A stretch of 64,000 nt of DNA from Squalus acanthias (taxonomy: Eukaryota): assembly GCA_030390025.1 (NCBI GenBank), contig CM059437.1:54808001-54872000 (forward strand), read 5' to 3'. Positions 1 through 12,708 of the stretch are shown piece after piece. The notes under the pieces are model-generated. The model was not told the DNA's origin, did not search any database, and worked only from the letters and a program-made list of their open reading frames with translations. Position 1 is the first letter of the stretch. Each line of letters starts with the position of its first letter. The translations under genes and the position numbers were made by a program.

Positions 1-244
1 ATGTCTTCACTCAGAGGGTGGTGAATCTTTGGAATTCTCTAACCCAGAGGGCTGTGGAGTCTCAGTCGTTGAGTATATTCAAGACAGAGATCGATAGATT
101 TTTGAATATTAAGGGAATCAAAGGATATAGGGATAGTACAGGAAAGTGGAGATGAGGTAGAATATCAGCCATGATCTTATTGAATGGCAGAGCAGGCTCG
201 AAGGACCAAATGGCCTACTCCTGCTCCTATTTCTTATGTTCTTG
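1..244 (+). mobile_element. CR1-type LINE 3' end fragment
   Basis: FTQRVVNLWNSL-type coding end followed by the 3' tail ggcctactcctgctcctatttcttatgttct, which other CR1 copies in the window share. Confidence 0.85.
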
Positions 245-895
245 CTCTGGCAAATAGCGAATTGCTCTGTAAACTTCTAAATATATGCAGAAAATTACCT
301 TTAACTAAATTACAAGTAGGAAATGGGGGCACAGATTCAAAACAATACAATGGAAATTCAGGATTCAGATCAAGATGGTTTTCTTCACAGAAAGTGTGAT
401 CAATACTTGAAAGAGACTTCCAGACACAATAGTAGCGATGATAACTCTGGAATCATTTAAGAGACAATTGGATCAGAGCAGCGGAGAAACCGTAGAGTAT
501 TTCTGGATGAATTGACGAAGACAACTTTAAATGGCCTTCCTTGTCAGTAATTACCTTTTGATCAAAGCACTCGAGGCGATATACAAAAGGTTCAAAATCT
601 TGATTCCTTGTGTCCGAAGGCTGCGCTATTGAGAAAAAGTAGAAAAATTGAGACTCTTCAATCCTAAAAGGAGAGTAAAAAAGCCCCCTACATATTTATG
701 TAAGATACTAGCATTACAGATTTAACTACAACACTACTTCAAGTTAAACCATCACTGTAGAACAAGGGGAAAAGAAAATCTCTAAGACTGTCAGGAACCG
801 CTTGTTCAGGCAAAGAGTAACTGCTACTAGTAATAATCTGCTGGCTAATGAAGACCAAACCTCTGGAATCATTCAGAAGGCAGTTTGAGGCTGTG

Positions 896-1001
896 ATAAG
901 AACATAACATAAGAACATAAGAAATAGGAGCAGGAGTAGGCCAATCGGCCCCTCGAGCCTGCTCCGCCATTCAATAAGATCATGGCTGATCTGATCCTAA
1001 C
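896..1001 (-). mobile_element. Short CR1 3'-terminal fragment
   Basis: aacataagaacataagaaataggagcaggagtaggcc is the reverse complement of the CR1 tail. Confidence 0.75.
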
Positions 1002-1003
1002 CG

Positions 1004-2829
1004 CCATTCTACTATCTATCACAGAACCATCTCCTGCATCTAACAGAATTGCACACACGAAATAGGAGCAGAATCAGGCTACACAGTCCCTGGGCCCGCT
1101 CCACTACCCACAGGGCCATGACCGATCCGAACCTAGACTCATGTCCAAATTCCTGCCCGCTCCCCGTAACCCTTAATGCCCTTTACTTCTAGGAAACTGT
1201 CTATTTCTGTTTTAAATTTAATTAATGTTGTAGCTTCTACAGCTTTTTGTGGCAGCATATTCCATGGACCTACCACCCTCTGAGTGAAGTAGTTCCTCCT
1301 CATCTCAGTTTTGAAAGAGCAGCCCCTTATTCTAAGACTATGTCCCCTAGTTCTCGTCTCACCCGTCATCGGGAACATCCTCCCCGCATCCACCCGATCC
1401 AACCCCTTCACAATCTTATATGTTTCAATAAGATCGCCTCTCATTCTTCTGAACTCCAATGAGTAGAGTCCCAATCTACCCAACCTCTCCTCATATGACC
1501 ACCCCCTCATCCCCGGGATTAACCGAGTGAACCTTTTTTGCACTGCCTCGAGAGCAAGGATGTCTTTCCTTAAGTAAGGACACCAAAACTGTATGCAGTA
1601 TTCCAGGTGCGGTCTCACCAATACCTTGTACAACTGAAGCAATACCTCCCTATTTTTATATTCTATCCCCCTAGCAATGAAAGCCAACATTCCATTTGCC
1701 TTCTTAATCACTTGCTGCACCTGCATACTAACCTTTTGAGTTTCGTGCACCAGGACCCCCAGATCCCTTTGCACTTCAGTACTCTCCAGTTTCTTGCCAT
1801 TAAGATAATAAATTGCTCTAGGATTTTTCCTGCCAAAGTGCATCACCTCACACTTTCCAGTGTTGTATTCCATCTGCCAAATCTCTGCCCACTTACTTAG
1901 CCTGTCTATGTCCCCTTGCAGGTTTTTTATGTCCTCCTCACTCACTACTTTCCCTCCCATCTTTGTATCATCTGCAAATTTTGATATGTTACACTTGGTC
2001 CCTTCCTCCAAATCGTTAATATAGATTGTGAAGAGTTGGGGACCCAGCACTGACCCCTGTGGAACACCACTAGTTACTGATTGCCAGTCTGAGAATGAAC
2101 CATTTATCCCAACTCTTTGCTTTCTGTTAGATAGCCAATCCTCTATCCATGCCAGAATATTACCCCCAATCCCGTGATTTTTTACCTTAAGCAATAATCT
2201 TTTGTGTGGCACCTTGTCAAATGCCTTTTGGAAGTCTAAATACACTACGTCCACTGGTTCCCCTTTATCCACTCTATATGTTACTTCCTCAAAGAACTCC
2301 AGCAAATTTGTCAAACATGACTTCCCCTTCGTAAAACCATGCTGACTTTGTCCTATTAAATTATGATTATCCAAATGTCCTGTTACTGTTTCCTTAATAA
2401 TGGACTCCAAAATTTTACCTACCACAGATGTTAGGCTAACCGGTCTATAGTTACCAGCCTTCTGTCTACTGCCCTTTTTAAATAAGGGTGTTACATTAGC
2501 AGTTTTCCAGTCTGCCGGGACCTTTGCGGAATCCAGGGAGTTTTGAAAAATTATTACCAATGCATCTACAATCCCTACCGCCACTTCCTTCAAGACTCTA
2601 GGATGTAAGCCATCAGGTCCAGGTGATTTATCCGCCTTGAGTCCCATTATTTTACCGAGTACCACTTCCTTAGTGATTTTGATCGTGTTTAGCTCCTCTC
2701 CCCCTATAGCCCCCTGTTTGTCCAGTGTTGGGATATTCTTAGTGTCCTCTACTGTAAAGACTGATACAAAATATTCATTCAGTGTTTTTGCCATCTCCAT
2801 ATTTCCCACCATTAATTTCCCGGTCTCAT
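1004..2829 (-). mobile_element. 5'-truncated CR1 LINE with an open reverse-transcriptase ORF (1139-2812, 557 aa)
   Basis: [37 protein letters not shown] and FADD motifs with no stops. Confidence 0.93.
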
Positions 2830-5800
2830 GTGGGACAGTTGGTTCGTATGAAAGAATTAGCTAGACTGGCCCATTGGCCTCCCTCAACTTTATTTATCTT
2901 TGTGGGAAGAACATGGAGATGGAGAGAAGGAGAGTCTGAGAATTGCAATATGAACATGTATTTGGGTTAGGAGAGAAAATAACGGTGGTTAAATTGTAGG
3001 AATGGGTTGAAGTAGGAAAAGATAAGGTGGTTTGGAGAAACGTGGATGAAACCAAGGACGGATATAAGCTGTGAATGGAGAGAGGGACTAGAAAATGAAA
3101 GAAACGGTAATCTTGGACAGATAAGTACGTAAGAAAAGAAGAATTGGAAATAGATATAGGCAAGAGATTGGAAAACAGTGAGTTAAGGATGAAAAGAAGA
3201 CACCGTTAGATAAAGACATAGAAACGATATTTCATTTATATAACGCATTTCACGTCTTCAGGAGGTTCCAAAGCGCTCCATAATTAAATATTTTCGAGTT
3301 GTAGGTACTGTTGTAATGTAGGCGATTATTATGTAGGTGGAGAAAGAGAGAGCGTGTTGAAAAGAAGTTAAGGCGCACAGAACAGGGATGAAGGCGGCGC
3401 AATACGAATCTGGGAAATCTTGATAGGAGCTAGAAAGAAAGAAAGTATGAAATACTAAAGTGACCGTAAGAGAATGGGAGATGTGGAAAATTAGCGCTTG
3501 CATTAAGAGCGCTTGGGTTGAAGAGATTAAAGATAGAGGTGGACCGGCATAGAACAGAAAGGTGCAGGTTAATAATTGGATTAGGGAGAATATGGTAGAA
3601 CTAATCAACGAGTTAAAATATGATGAAGCCAGTGATAGGATGGGATAATGCAAGAGCACAAGGGTGAGGAAGCAGATCAGACAAGAGTAGAAAAAGTACA
3701 GGGAAATATGAAGATAGGAGATGATGAGTGGCGAAAATAACAGGGTGTGGCGCAAACAGTTGTCGACCCCTGAGAAATCTAACGTGTGGACCTTCACTGG
3801 GTGGTACAGGTGTTTCCGTGTGGCCTGTGAGTTGCCAGAACTATAGAACGGACTGTTTGTTCATTCTAAAGCGGAAACAGACTCCCATAGTCATACCATT
3901 TTATTGTCCACCGTTTGATCGGCAGGGTTATTTACGCATTCTCAATATTCAAACGAAACGCTGGAATGCCAAGTATTAACAGTTCTGATCTTACTATATT
4001 CCAATGTTTTCCCTTCTTGAAAAATACAGGCGGGTTGTAATAAATTGTCACCATATCACTGTGCCTCGGGATGTCGAAAACATTGACATGCCAGTAAGTC
4101 ATAATGTATGTCAGTAAGTTTGTGTTTCAGTGTCCAGGGTATCAGATAGTGTAGAAATGCTTATGCTTTCGTCTTCGTGGGCCATGTAGTTTCGTCATGG
4201 AGCTTTGGGGAGAACAAAGTTTAAATGGATGTTCCCAATAATTTGCATATATCGCAAGTTACTGATAGTAACAGAGTTTGGCGTTCTGATTATAATTTAT
4301 TCACTAATGAAGGAGCAGTTCTACAATCAGGCCTTTCCAAGTCTTCAGACCCACAAAATCCAAACAGGACAAACCAGTAAATAAGCACAAACATAATCGA
4401 ATTGCTGGACTTCGGAGGCCCGATTGTGAGGGTTCCGGGCAACATGGAGGGCCACAACCTTGAAAACGATTAGCTAGAGAGAGAATGGGAGAGAGAAAGA
4501 AGAAAATAAAGGACATGTGTGAATACAGGAATAATATATTAGTGCAACGTGTATGAGTGATAAGTCAGTAAACGAGGATGGAAAGAACAAATACTCCTGT
4601 GGCTCTAAAGGATATACTATAACTAGTGCATTTTATGACTATGTATCCATGTTGTTAAAGCATTGTTGCCTAATTCAAAATGCCGCTGAAGTTGACATTT
4701 TAGCCAGTTTCTGCTGGGTGACGTTTAAGTGTCCACTGGACAAACGCCTCGAATGACAGCTTTACCAGCTGCAGCCATTGTGAAAGCAATTTACGCTCGC
4801 TCAGACCTTTTTAGAAAGCATCATTTTCTTCCTCGTGGGGTACAACTATGGGTAGTGTTTTGCCATTTGGTTGTTGATTTGTCTGCTTTGCGCTATGTTT
4901 ACTGTTTTCTGTCGCTTATATGTGCTCTTCCCAAGCGAGAAATACAACAGGACGATCTTACAATCTTTAATAACACAATAAGATAAAGGAGGTTGCATGA
5001 GACCGAGACAGTGATACAGTATTTCACCACAATGTAGCCATACCTTGAGGGTGATTGCAATATAGTAGAATACACGTGTAATGCAGGACAATATCAAGTA
5101 CAACCGTATACGAGAAAAAATGCCATGATTGCATGTAATGTTATTATACCATAAAAGTTTTAAGAAGTAACGTTAATTTACTTTTCTTCAAGTTGTTCGA
5201 AAAATATTTTTCTTATGTTTCAAAGTATAGATTGCGCAGATGGAATATCTGACATCAACGCAACAACATTAAAATAAATGTATATTTTTATAATGGAAAC
5301 TGGACGTCTACTTGCTAAATATATCTACAATATTTGCCTATCCTCTTGATGCACTATTTTACCTGAAGCCGGCAGCACTGCTTATCTCTGAACAGATGCT
5401 GTCCGGGGGTTCCCCTATCCTCAGAATGGATACAATTGCAGCAGATGAACCTTACGTAGGGAAGCGAAACATGAAACTTTTACAGATGTCAGTCGTTTTA
5501 AAATAATAATATTACTACACATTTTAAGCACCAAATTCACCTTTTTATTTAATATTAATATAAATACATGTCAGAAGTAATGCAGTGCAAACTATAACCT
5601 GCAGATGTTATAAAGCGAATCACTTAAACGATGGTTTGTGCAATTCAAAATACAGATCTTTTGTGATTATTCGATTTAGAACGTTCGTGCTGCATGGAAT
5701 TTACAGCGGGCTATTTTCGAGTTTGTGCCCTGCACTAAACATCAAACCTAAACATGTCACCTCTGTGTCCTCTCTCTCCATCAGCAGAAGATCTGTATTG

Positions 5801-6548
5801 ATCTGAAATACATTTGTGAATGTTACATCATGACACCTGTGCACCAAGATCAGATAGCGTGAGGATTATTACTTCTACCAGTAAAAATGCCTGAAAGCTC
5901 AGAAATTCTGCAACTCGTTTTTCGGTGGAAATAAATTCAAGGAAACTGTAGCATTGTGGCAGCAAGAGAAGATTTAGGGGAAGTTAACATACTAGATTCT
6001 CATAAAATCATCTGTGTTTCGGGTGAGTGCATTCCATCCGTTGGCCATTCTACAGACGGGGCACGGGAGCGTGCAAATGAGAAAATAGTTTCCTCGCGGG
6101 AGTGACGCTTTGCTTCAAACGTGCGCTGACTGATTTAACAGAAACTTATATATTTTTGCATTTATTTACACTTTGCGCGAAACTGAGTAGTTTAAATGTG
6201 TGATTAAGATTGCTAATTTTTTTTCTTTTTAGAAAAACATTCAGCTTGAATGAATTAAATGATTAAAATTGCTAAATGTTCGGAGCAATGAATCATCAGA
6301 GATAGTTGATTTAGGAGATAACTGTAAAATAAATCTGGTGCAAATGTCATTAAATATGGGTCCTACAATATTACAGTATTCGGGTTTAACTCAAGTAGCA
6401 ATGATAAAGGAGAAATATCTCGTGCAGTTTAAAAGGTAAATTCTGTGATCTGAATTGTCCTGCTTTGAAACGTTGTGACTGACGCAATTGGTTACCAGAA
6501 GCTGCTCATTGTTCGGTCGTCCAATGGGCGCTTTCAGAAGGAAAAATC

Positions 6549-6602
6549 GTTTGCATATCTAATGAAACGGCGACATTTCATTCGTGCAACCTTTGATATA
6601 AA
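6549..6602 (+). promoter_or_regulatory. Ig V promoter: octamer-like GTTTGCAT (6549-6556) and TATAAA (6597-6602)
   Basis: One mismatch to the light-chain octamer ATTTGCAT; TATA box about 60 nt upstream of the leader ATG. Confidence 0.65.
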
Positions 6603-6659
6603 GGACGACATCGACCAATCCGAAAGATAACAGTTCCTGTATTCACCCGCACCTTTACA

Positions 6660-6708
6660 ATGGCAGCTGTTGCTCTTGTTCTGCTCCCGCTAATAATTGG
6701 TCTGACGT
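6660..6708 (+). CDS. Ig light-chain leader exon (MAAVALVLLPLIIGLT)
   Basis: ATG at 6660, hydrophobic signal peptide, phase-1 donor GTAAGT at 6709. Confidence 0.9.
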
Positions 6709-6876
6709 GTAAGTGCCTTGGAGATAATCGCAATCTTCTTTACCATAAAGAATTAGTAACGTGGATTAAAATTATGAAGCGAAAGCTTGATCCGAAACCT
6801 TATCTGATCTGAACGATATCGGTGTTAAATTATGTAAGCCTTCGTTGATAGGCTGATTGTTTTGTTTAATTCGCAG

Positions 6877-7186
6877 ATACGACCGCGCAGCTCAGCTTGA
6901 TGCAACCAGATTCAGAGTCCACTACACCAGGACGAACCGTTATCCTGAACTGTACAATCCAGGGAGTCAGCCTCTCAAAAAAGTATGCTTATTGGTACCA
7001 ACAGAAGCGCGACAGTGCCCCAAGGTTTGTCCTGAGGGGCATCCGATACAAGAGGCACCGGTATCCCTGACAGATTTACAGGCCTGGAAGACGAAGTAAC
7101 CAACGTGGCTTATTTGACCATCTCTAACGTGGAATTGGAGGACGCCGCTGATTATTACTGTGCAACAGCTGACGACAGCAACCTCA
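6877..7186 (+). pseudogene. IGLV: Ig lambda-type V segment with a +1 frameshift at GGGG 7036-7039 (pseudogene or assembly error)
   Basis: Acceptor tcgcag at 6876, then QLSLMQPDSESTTPGRTVILNC...WYQQKRDSAPRFVLR; stop at 7068-7070 in that frame; the +1 frame continues ASDTRGTGIPDRFTG...AYLTISNVELEDAADYYCATADDSNL. Confidence 0.9.
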
Positions 7187-7225
7187 CACGGTGGCAGATC
7201 CATTGGCTCCTTCAATACCAAAATT
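7187..7225 (+). other. V-side recombination signal sequence with 23-bp spacer
   Basis: Heptamer CACGGTG 7187-7193, 23-nt spacer, nonamer ACCAAAATT 7217-7225 directly after the YYC-CDR3 end of V. Confidence 0.85.
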
Positions 7226-7412
7226 CTCCACAGAGCCAGCGCTAGAATTTACACGGACTACTGACATCAAGATCAGCAGCAGACCCAGTAATATTACATA
7301 GATGGCACACTCTTATTGCAATTAAAAAAAACTGCTATAAGTTTGTTTCTACCCACCAAGTATGAATTCCTCCTTCCACGGATCTCCCTCCCCTCAGTTG
7401 TACAGTTGGAGC

Positions 7413-7440
7413 GGTTTTTGTACGGCGCTGTGCCACCGTG
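7413..7440 (-). other. J-side recombination signal sequence with 12-bp spacer
   Basis: Consensus nonamer GGTTTTTGT 7413-7421, 12-nt spacer, heptamer CACCGTG 7434-7440. Confidence 0.93.
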
Positions 7441-7478
7441 GTGGCAATTCGGTAGCGGGACCAGGCTGAATGTTTTGA
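7441..7478 (+). CDS. IGLJ: Ig light-chain J segment (WQFGSGTRLNVL)
   Basis: FGXG motif after the 12-RSS; phase-1 donor GTAAGT at 7479. Confidence 0.93.
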
Positions 7479-8639
7479 GTAAGTAACATATTTATGCTTC
7501 ATAAAGTAAATGCCTTGTAAGATGGCGAATTTAAATGCGGAGTTTAAAATGCTTTATTTGCCCTTTTTTTCAACTAAGCTGGTCTTTCCGAGATCGGACC
7601 ACACCTGGAATGGCCTGATTCACCTGCTGTCAAACATGAAACAAACTATACTCGGGCATTTCCGTTGACCTTTTCAATTGAAACTCTGCCAAATCGAAAT
7701 TCTATATAAAAAAAATAATAAGTCCATATCCAACATACTTTCGATGCAACGGTTCCCCTTTGTAAGCTCTGCCCTGTGACAGCATCAGGGAGTGAGAGCG
7801 GCGTGTATGTGGAGGACGCAATACGAAACAATTGCTCTTAAAATTGCGCCCTCTTTCCAATACTCTTTCTTGGTGCTCCCCAACATTCAGCGTCCATAGG
7901 TAGAAACACACTATTATGAGCCGAATCGTAATTTACAGCTTGTAATGAATGGGATGGAGTGTGTTTAGGGGCTAACAATCTATCATTTTATCACCAGCAA
8001 ATAGCATGGTAATCTCACTGTACATTCAAATCTCTCCCCTAGGCAGAAAAGCACCATGCGGTTGGATTATGTGGCTCAGGCTAAAACTATTTATTATGAA
8101 TTGATTTTAAGACATACAGGTTATGCAGAAGGACTATTTAATTTGATGATAAAATATCAATACCTATATTTGATACTTAAATTCTTCTGAAGTCCTTTTT
8201 GGAGTACTAACAACTGTTTCCCAGAAATCAATAACGTGGAGCAGTCTAGCTCTAAGGAGTTCCATTTCACTATGAGGTGGGCTGGACGGTTGGAAAATGG
8301 AAACTCAAGAAATGGCCAATGGTTTTTATAATTGTACTGGGTCCAGGCAATTTCTCATACCTCAATTTAAAATAGTCTTTCCTTTGCATTGTAAGACTCT
8401 TTCAATTAGCCCAGAACTTTTCTCAGCCAACGGTTAATCAATATAATTTATTTCTATTACGGGCTGAATGAAAATTGGAAAACAATTATCATGGCTGTCT
8501 GACCAGTTATTTTATGACATCAGAATGCTGCCAAGCCCCATTGGAATTTCACATCTGGGTTGGCCATTATTTTTGTGAAACAATACCGTCAACCATCCCC
8601 CACGTTATTCAAAGGCCCACATAGCGCAGATATTTCTGT

Positions 8640-8803
8640 GGCAATGTTGAATTTCCGCGCAGTTTGTCCGATCTCCACCTTAATCTTGGTGTAAGGTCAA
8701 CGGAAACCATGTAGAAACGGCGTAAACGTCTCTCCCACACTTATGTCAATATTCTAACGACGTTACGGCGGGAAATTGGGACAAGCCCTGGGGAAATTCC
8801 AGG
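8640..8803. mobile_element. Palindromic MITE-like element in the J-C intron
   Basis: gaatttccgcg...ggaaattccagg termini; related sequences at about 10320-10560, 14410-14530 and 40737-40881. Confidence 0.5.
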
Positions 8804-8825
8804 TGAATAATGTCTCCAGACAGAC

Positions 8826-9612
8826 ATAGGAACGTAGGAAGAGGAGGAGGCCATTTAGACCCTCGAGCCTGTTCCGCCATTTAATGAGATCATGACTGAT
8901 CCGCGACCTAACTCCATACACCCCCCTTTGGCCCATATCCCTTAATGCCTTTGGTTAACACAAAAGCTATCGAGAGTTCCAAACTTCTACCACCCTTTGT
9001 GTGTAGAAGTGTTTCCTAATTTCACTCCTGAAAGGTCTGCCTCTAATTTTTAGACTATGCCCCCTAGTACTAGAATCCCCAAGCAGTGGAAATAGTTTCT
9101 CTCTATTTACCCTATCTGTTCCCCTTAATATCATGAAAACTACGATCAGATCACCCCTTAACCTTCTAAATTCTAGGGAATACAACCCTAATTTGTGTAA
9201 TCTCTCCTCGTAACTTAACCCTTGAAGTCGGGGTATCATTCTGGTAAACCTACGCTGCACTCCCTCCAAGGACAATATATCCTTCCTAAGGTGTGGTGCC
9301 CAGAACTGCTCACAGTACTCCAGGTGTGGTCTAACCAGGGTTTTGTATAGCTGCAGCATAGCTTCTACCCCCTTGTATTCTAGTCCTCTGATATAAAGGC
9401 CAGCATTCCATTAGCCTTTTTGATTATTTCCTGTACCTGTTCATGACATTTTAATGATCAATGTACCTGGACCCCCAAGTCTCTTAGGAGCGCCACTGTT
9501 TTTGGCTTTTCACCATTTAGAAAGTACCCTGTTCTATACTTTTTAGGTCCAAAGTGGATGACCTCACATTTGCCTACATTGAAATCCATTTGCCACAGTT
9601 TTGCCCATTCAC
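8826..9612 (-). mobile_element. CR1 LINE 3' fragment in the J-C intron
   Basis: ORF 8967-9359 (LYKTLVRPHLEYC...FYTQRVVEVWNS) plus CR1 tail. Confidence 0.9.
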
Positions 9613-11864
9613 TTTCGCGCTACCTATAGACTCTCAAGCGAAAGGGCAAAGGAACACGAAACAGAAGCAGCAACATGCGCTGTTTTGAATCAAAGAGGTC
9701 TGGCCTAGCTACAATTTAAATAAAAAGATAGAACAGGCATTTTATAACTTGAAACAAGATTAACCTGTTTCTGTCACGGTTGCTATCAGGCAAAACGTGC
9801 AGACTTATTATTAATGCAAAGTAAATGATGCTGCGATATAGTCAACCAGTTAAAGCTCTGGGAAAGGTCCACACTCTCGCCCTTTCTTCCTAAATGGTAA
9901 ATAATTTCCTATCTTTCTACCTGCACAGTAGCTCCCCAGACATATACGGGTGAAAGGCAGTTTTGTTGTTTATCTATTCAGGTAACTCTTCGCTCATAAA
10001 GAGAATCACTACTGAAAACATAGTCACCGGCTCTGTGAGTTCTCTCAACGCCACTGCAAAGTTTTTTTTTAATGCGAATCATGGTAACAGTATTCGAAAA
10101 ATGTTGACGTCTCCCACCAATCAAAGACACCCTTTCTAATGCTTGTACAAAGGTGATCGTCGTCGTAGTTCCATCGTAACCAAAATCCGCCTCTGCAGCA
10201 ATGCAGGCTGTGTGACAGCGGGAAAGATTTGAAGTTTCATCCACAGGTTAATCTTCTTGCACAGGGGATATTAAAATCTGTACATGATGATACGGCAAAC
10301 CCATTGGATTCACGGTAGGGATTGGAATTCCGCAGGAGTTTTCGCCGTTTCCGCGGCAATTTCGCCGGACGAACGGGGAGAACCCCCTGCGAAAGCTCGC
10401 CCCTACACACCAATTAGCAAGATATATCCCCATTCAGTAGTGTTTAGTATTTACAACCGTGAACTGCGAAGTTAATTCTCCCGATCCTCCCGATCTCCCG
10501 CTGTAATTTCGGCTTAAATTAGAACGGGAGATTTTGGTAACCTCCGGAGCAGAATTTGACAGTTGTGGTATGATTCGAATGGATACGGTGACCCATGATG
10601 CTTGCTTTGGAGTTTTCTACGTTTCCTGGCACAGTAGGTGAATTTGAACATATTAATTTGTGATTTACTGAGTTAAAGAGCTTGGCCCTGACATTACGCC
10701 TTGGGATATTGGTAGTACAAAACCCCCTACGCAATTTTAGCGGAGGTGTGAAACCAAATATTTTAAAAGGTGAACGGCTCCGCTAAAGTTACCGATGGAG
10801 GAAGGTCAAACCAAGGCGTTAAAAGATTTTCTCCAGGGCCTGCGAGAGACAGAGACAGTCATACATAATGAACGATCCGCTCCAGGAAACTATTTCCAAC
10901 ATTTTACAGATATTGCTGCCGGTAACCTTCATGGACATTGATATAACTCAGCTTAGCTGATATTTATAGTATTTGGGATTTTTTTGACCAAAACCACTAA
11001 GGATACATTTGTTACACTTTACGCTATTTGTTGCCGAAACCTTTGGACAGCTGGAAACCAAAGTTCAGGATCATTCTGAATTGATCTATGGTTATATCAC
11101 ATGCTGAAGCAATCCTTGAATTTATTGTTCAATCATCGTCACACTGATAAACAATTCTATATAATGCGCAATTAATAACGATTACAGATATCGGGACATT
11201 TCTGTATGTCTGTAAAATAAAATGAATTAAAGGAAAGGAGGTGAGGTTAAAATAAAATACCACAGTAAAGCACAAATGTTCTCCGTCACATCAGTTCAAA
11301 ATGACTGGACTAAGTGTATGCAAAATGTACAATGTCGAGGGAATTTGCCTCAGTTTTATAACATTGGAAGTTTGTAAACAATGCTAGGACTAAGCAGTCT
11401 AAAATGAAGCACACCTTCTGCAACAGGGCAGCCATATTTAAAATAACATCCCTGCGGTAGAAATGTATTTTCTGCTTGAAATGTTTCACAGAAATGCATC
11501 AAAAAGTGTTCACCAGGAAATTGTCGAATGATTAGCAGCTGGGATATAATAACCTTTTAAATTGTTATTTTTCATTGAAATAACTAATGTCCGTACATCT
11601 CCAGGGTTTAGTGTGGAGAATGTCAATGTGCTTTGGGAGTAGATATTTTGTTATTCTTTACATTTTCCCATCTGATGTTTATATCTGATGTTCTCAATTC
11701 AAACATTGAAACACGCATTTTTTGTTCGTTCTTGACATAAATTGTCGAGACAAAATTATTTCAGCGAAATGACTAACCAAACCCCAACCTTCATTCAGAC
11801 CTTGTGTCAAACATTAATAAAGAACATTGCTCCAAGAGTTTTCTGGACCTACACCCAGCGCTCT

Positions 11865-11985
11865 TCCAGCAGGTCAGGCAGCATCTGTGAAGAGAAACTG
11901 TTTGTTTGCGATGCTGAGTGTTTTCCAGCATTTTTTGTTTTTATTTCGGATTTGAACAATTCACAGTATTACGCTTTTGTTTCTT
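11865..11985. repeat. Degenerate Penelope-derived palindromic repeat fragment
   Basis: cagcaggtcaggcagcatctgtg...ttccagcattttttgtttttatttc, shared with the elements at 30476-30699 and 38966-39322. Confidence 0.6.
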
Positions 11986-12379
11986 TTATCTATAAGTACT
12001 TGAATTTTGAAAGCTACGACTCTTCGATAATCAAGGAATCCGTATTTATTATCTCACTCGCTATACTCCAGCCCCGTTAGCAATTTTCAGGCTCTTCGAC
12101 CTCTCCTAGCAATACTTTCTGAGTGAAACAATAATTTTACCGTCTGGAATTTAGGACAAATCTTATTTTTCGTACATTCTGCTTGCACTTGCCGTCAGCT
12201 ATATCGGACAACAATGTGTCCATGTGCAATTCCGTGGAAAGGTAAAACTCACACACTGCAACTCCGAGTCACACAGACAAATTTCGTATTTAAACGGTGT
12301 AGTTAAAACATCTTATAATTCAAATGCATTGGTCTATGTAAATCAACCCACAATTAATGCGACTCCTATTTTCTTTTAG

Positions 12380-12708
12380 GTCGTCAGCCAGCCACTCCCA
12401 CAGTGTCGCTTCTGCCACCAGCGAAGGATCAGATCGCAGTTGCCAACGCGGCGACCCTGGTGTGTTTGGTGAATAATTTTTACCCGGATTACGTGAAACT
12501 TGAGTGGACTGTGGACGGCAAAGTCAGAGAGGTGGGCGTCCAGACCAGTTCAACCTTACAGGACTCTGACCAGACGTACAGTGTGAGCAGTTATCTGACT
12601 CTGCCAGCTTCCGAGTGGAACTCACACGAGCTTTACTCCTGCGGGGTTGCACACGAGACTGTCGGGTCCAAAATTGAACAAAGTATCAGGCGATCAAGCT
12701 GCGTGTGA
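12380..12708 (+). CDS. IGLC: Ig lambda-type (shark type II-like) constant exon
   Basis: Phase-1 acceptor ttcttttag at 12379; RQPATPTVSLLPP...ATLVCLV...WTVDG...YSVSSYLTLPASEWNSHELYSCGVAHE...RSSCV* is an intact C1-set domain with the C-terminal Cys for heavy-chain linkage. Confidence 0.95.

Noticed and set aside
2894-3797. Hydrophobic minus-strand ORFs (89 and 179 aa) resembling membrane proteins
   Set aside because: A by-product of purine-rich decayed repeat sequence interrupted by a SINE fragment; no splice or domain support
4057-4099. CACTGTG followed about 30 nt later by GTAAGT, resembling a J segment
   Set aside because: No nonamer at 12 or 23 nt and no FGXG motif
5330-5880. Faint V-framework-3-like words upstream of the V gene (STAYL, SLSIS, gaggattattac)
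   Set aside because: Different frames, no C/W/YYC skeleton and no RSS
7306-7333. Cryptic 12-RSS-like CACACTC-12-AAAAAAACT between V and J (possible D-like element)
   Set aside because: Poor heptamer, no partner RSS on the other side, and the A-run is expected by chance
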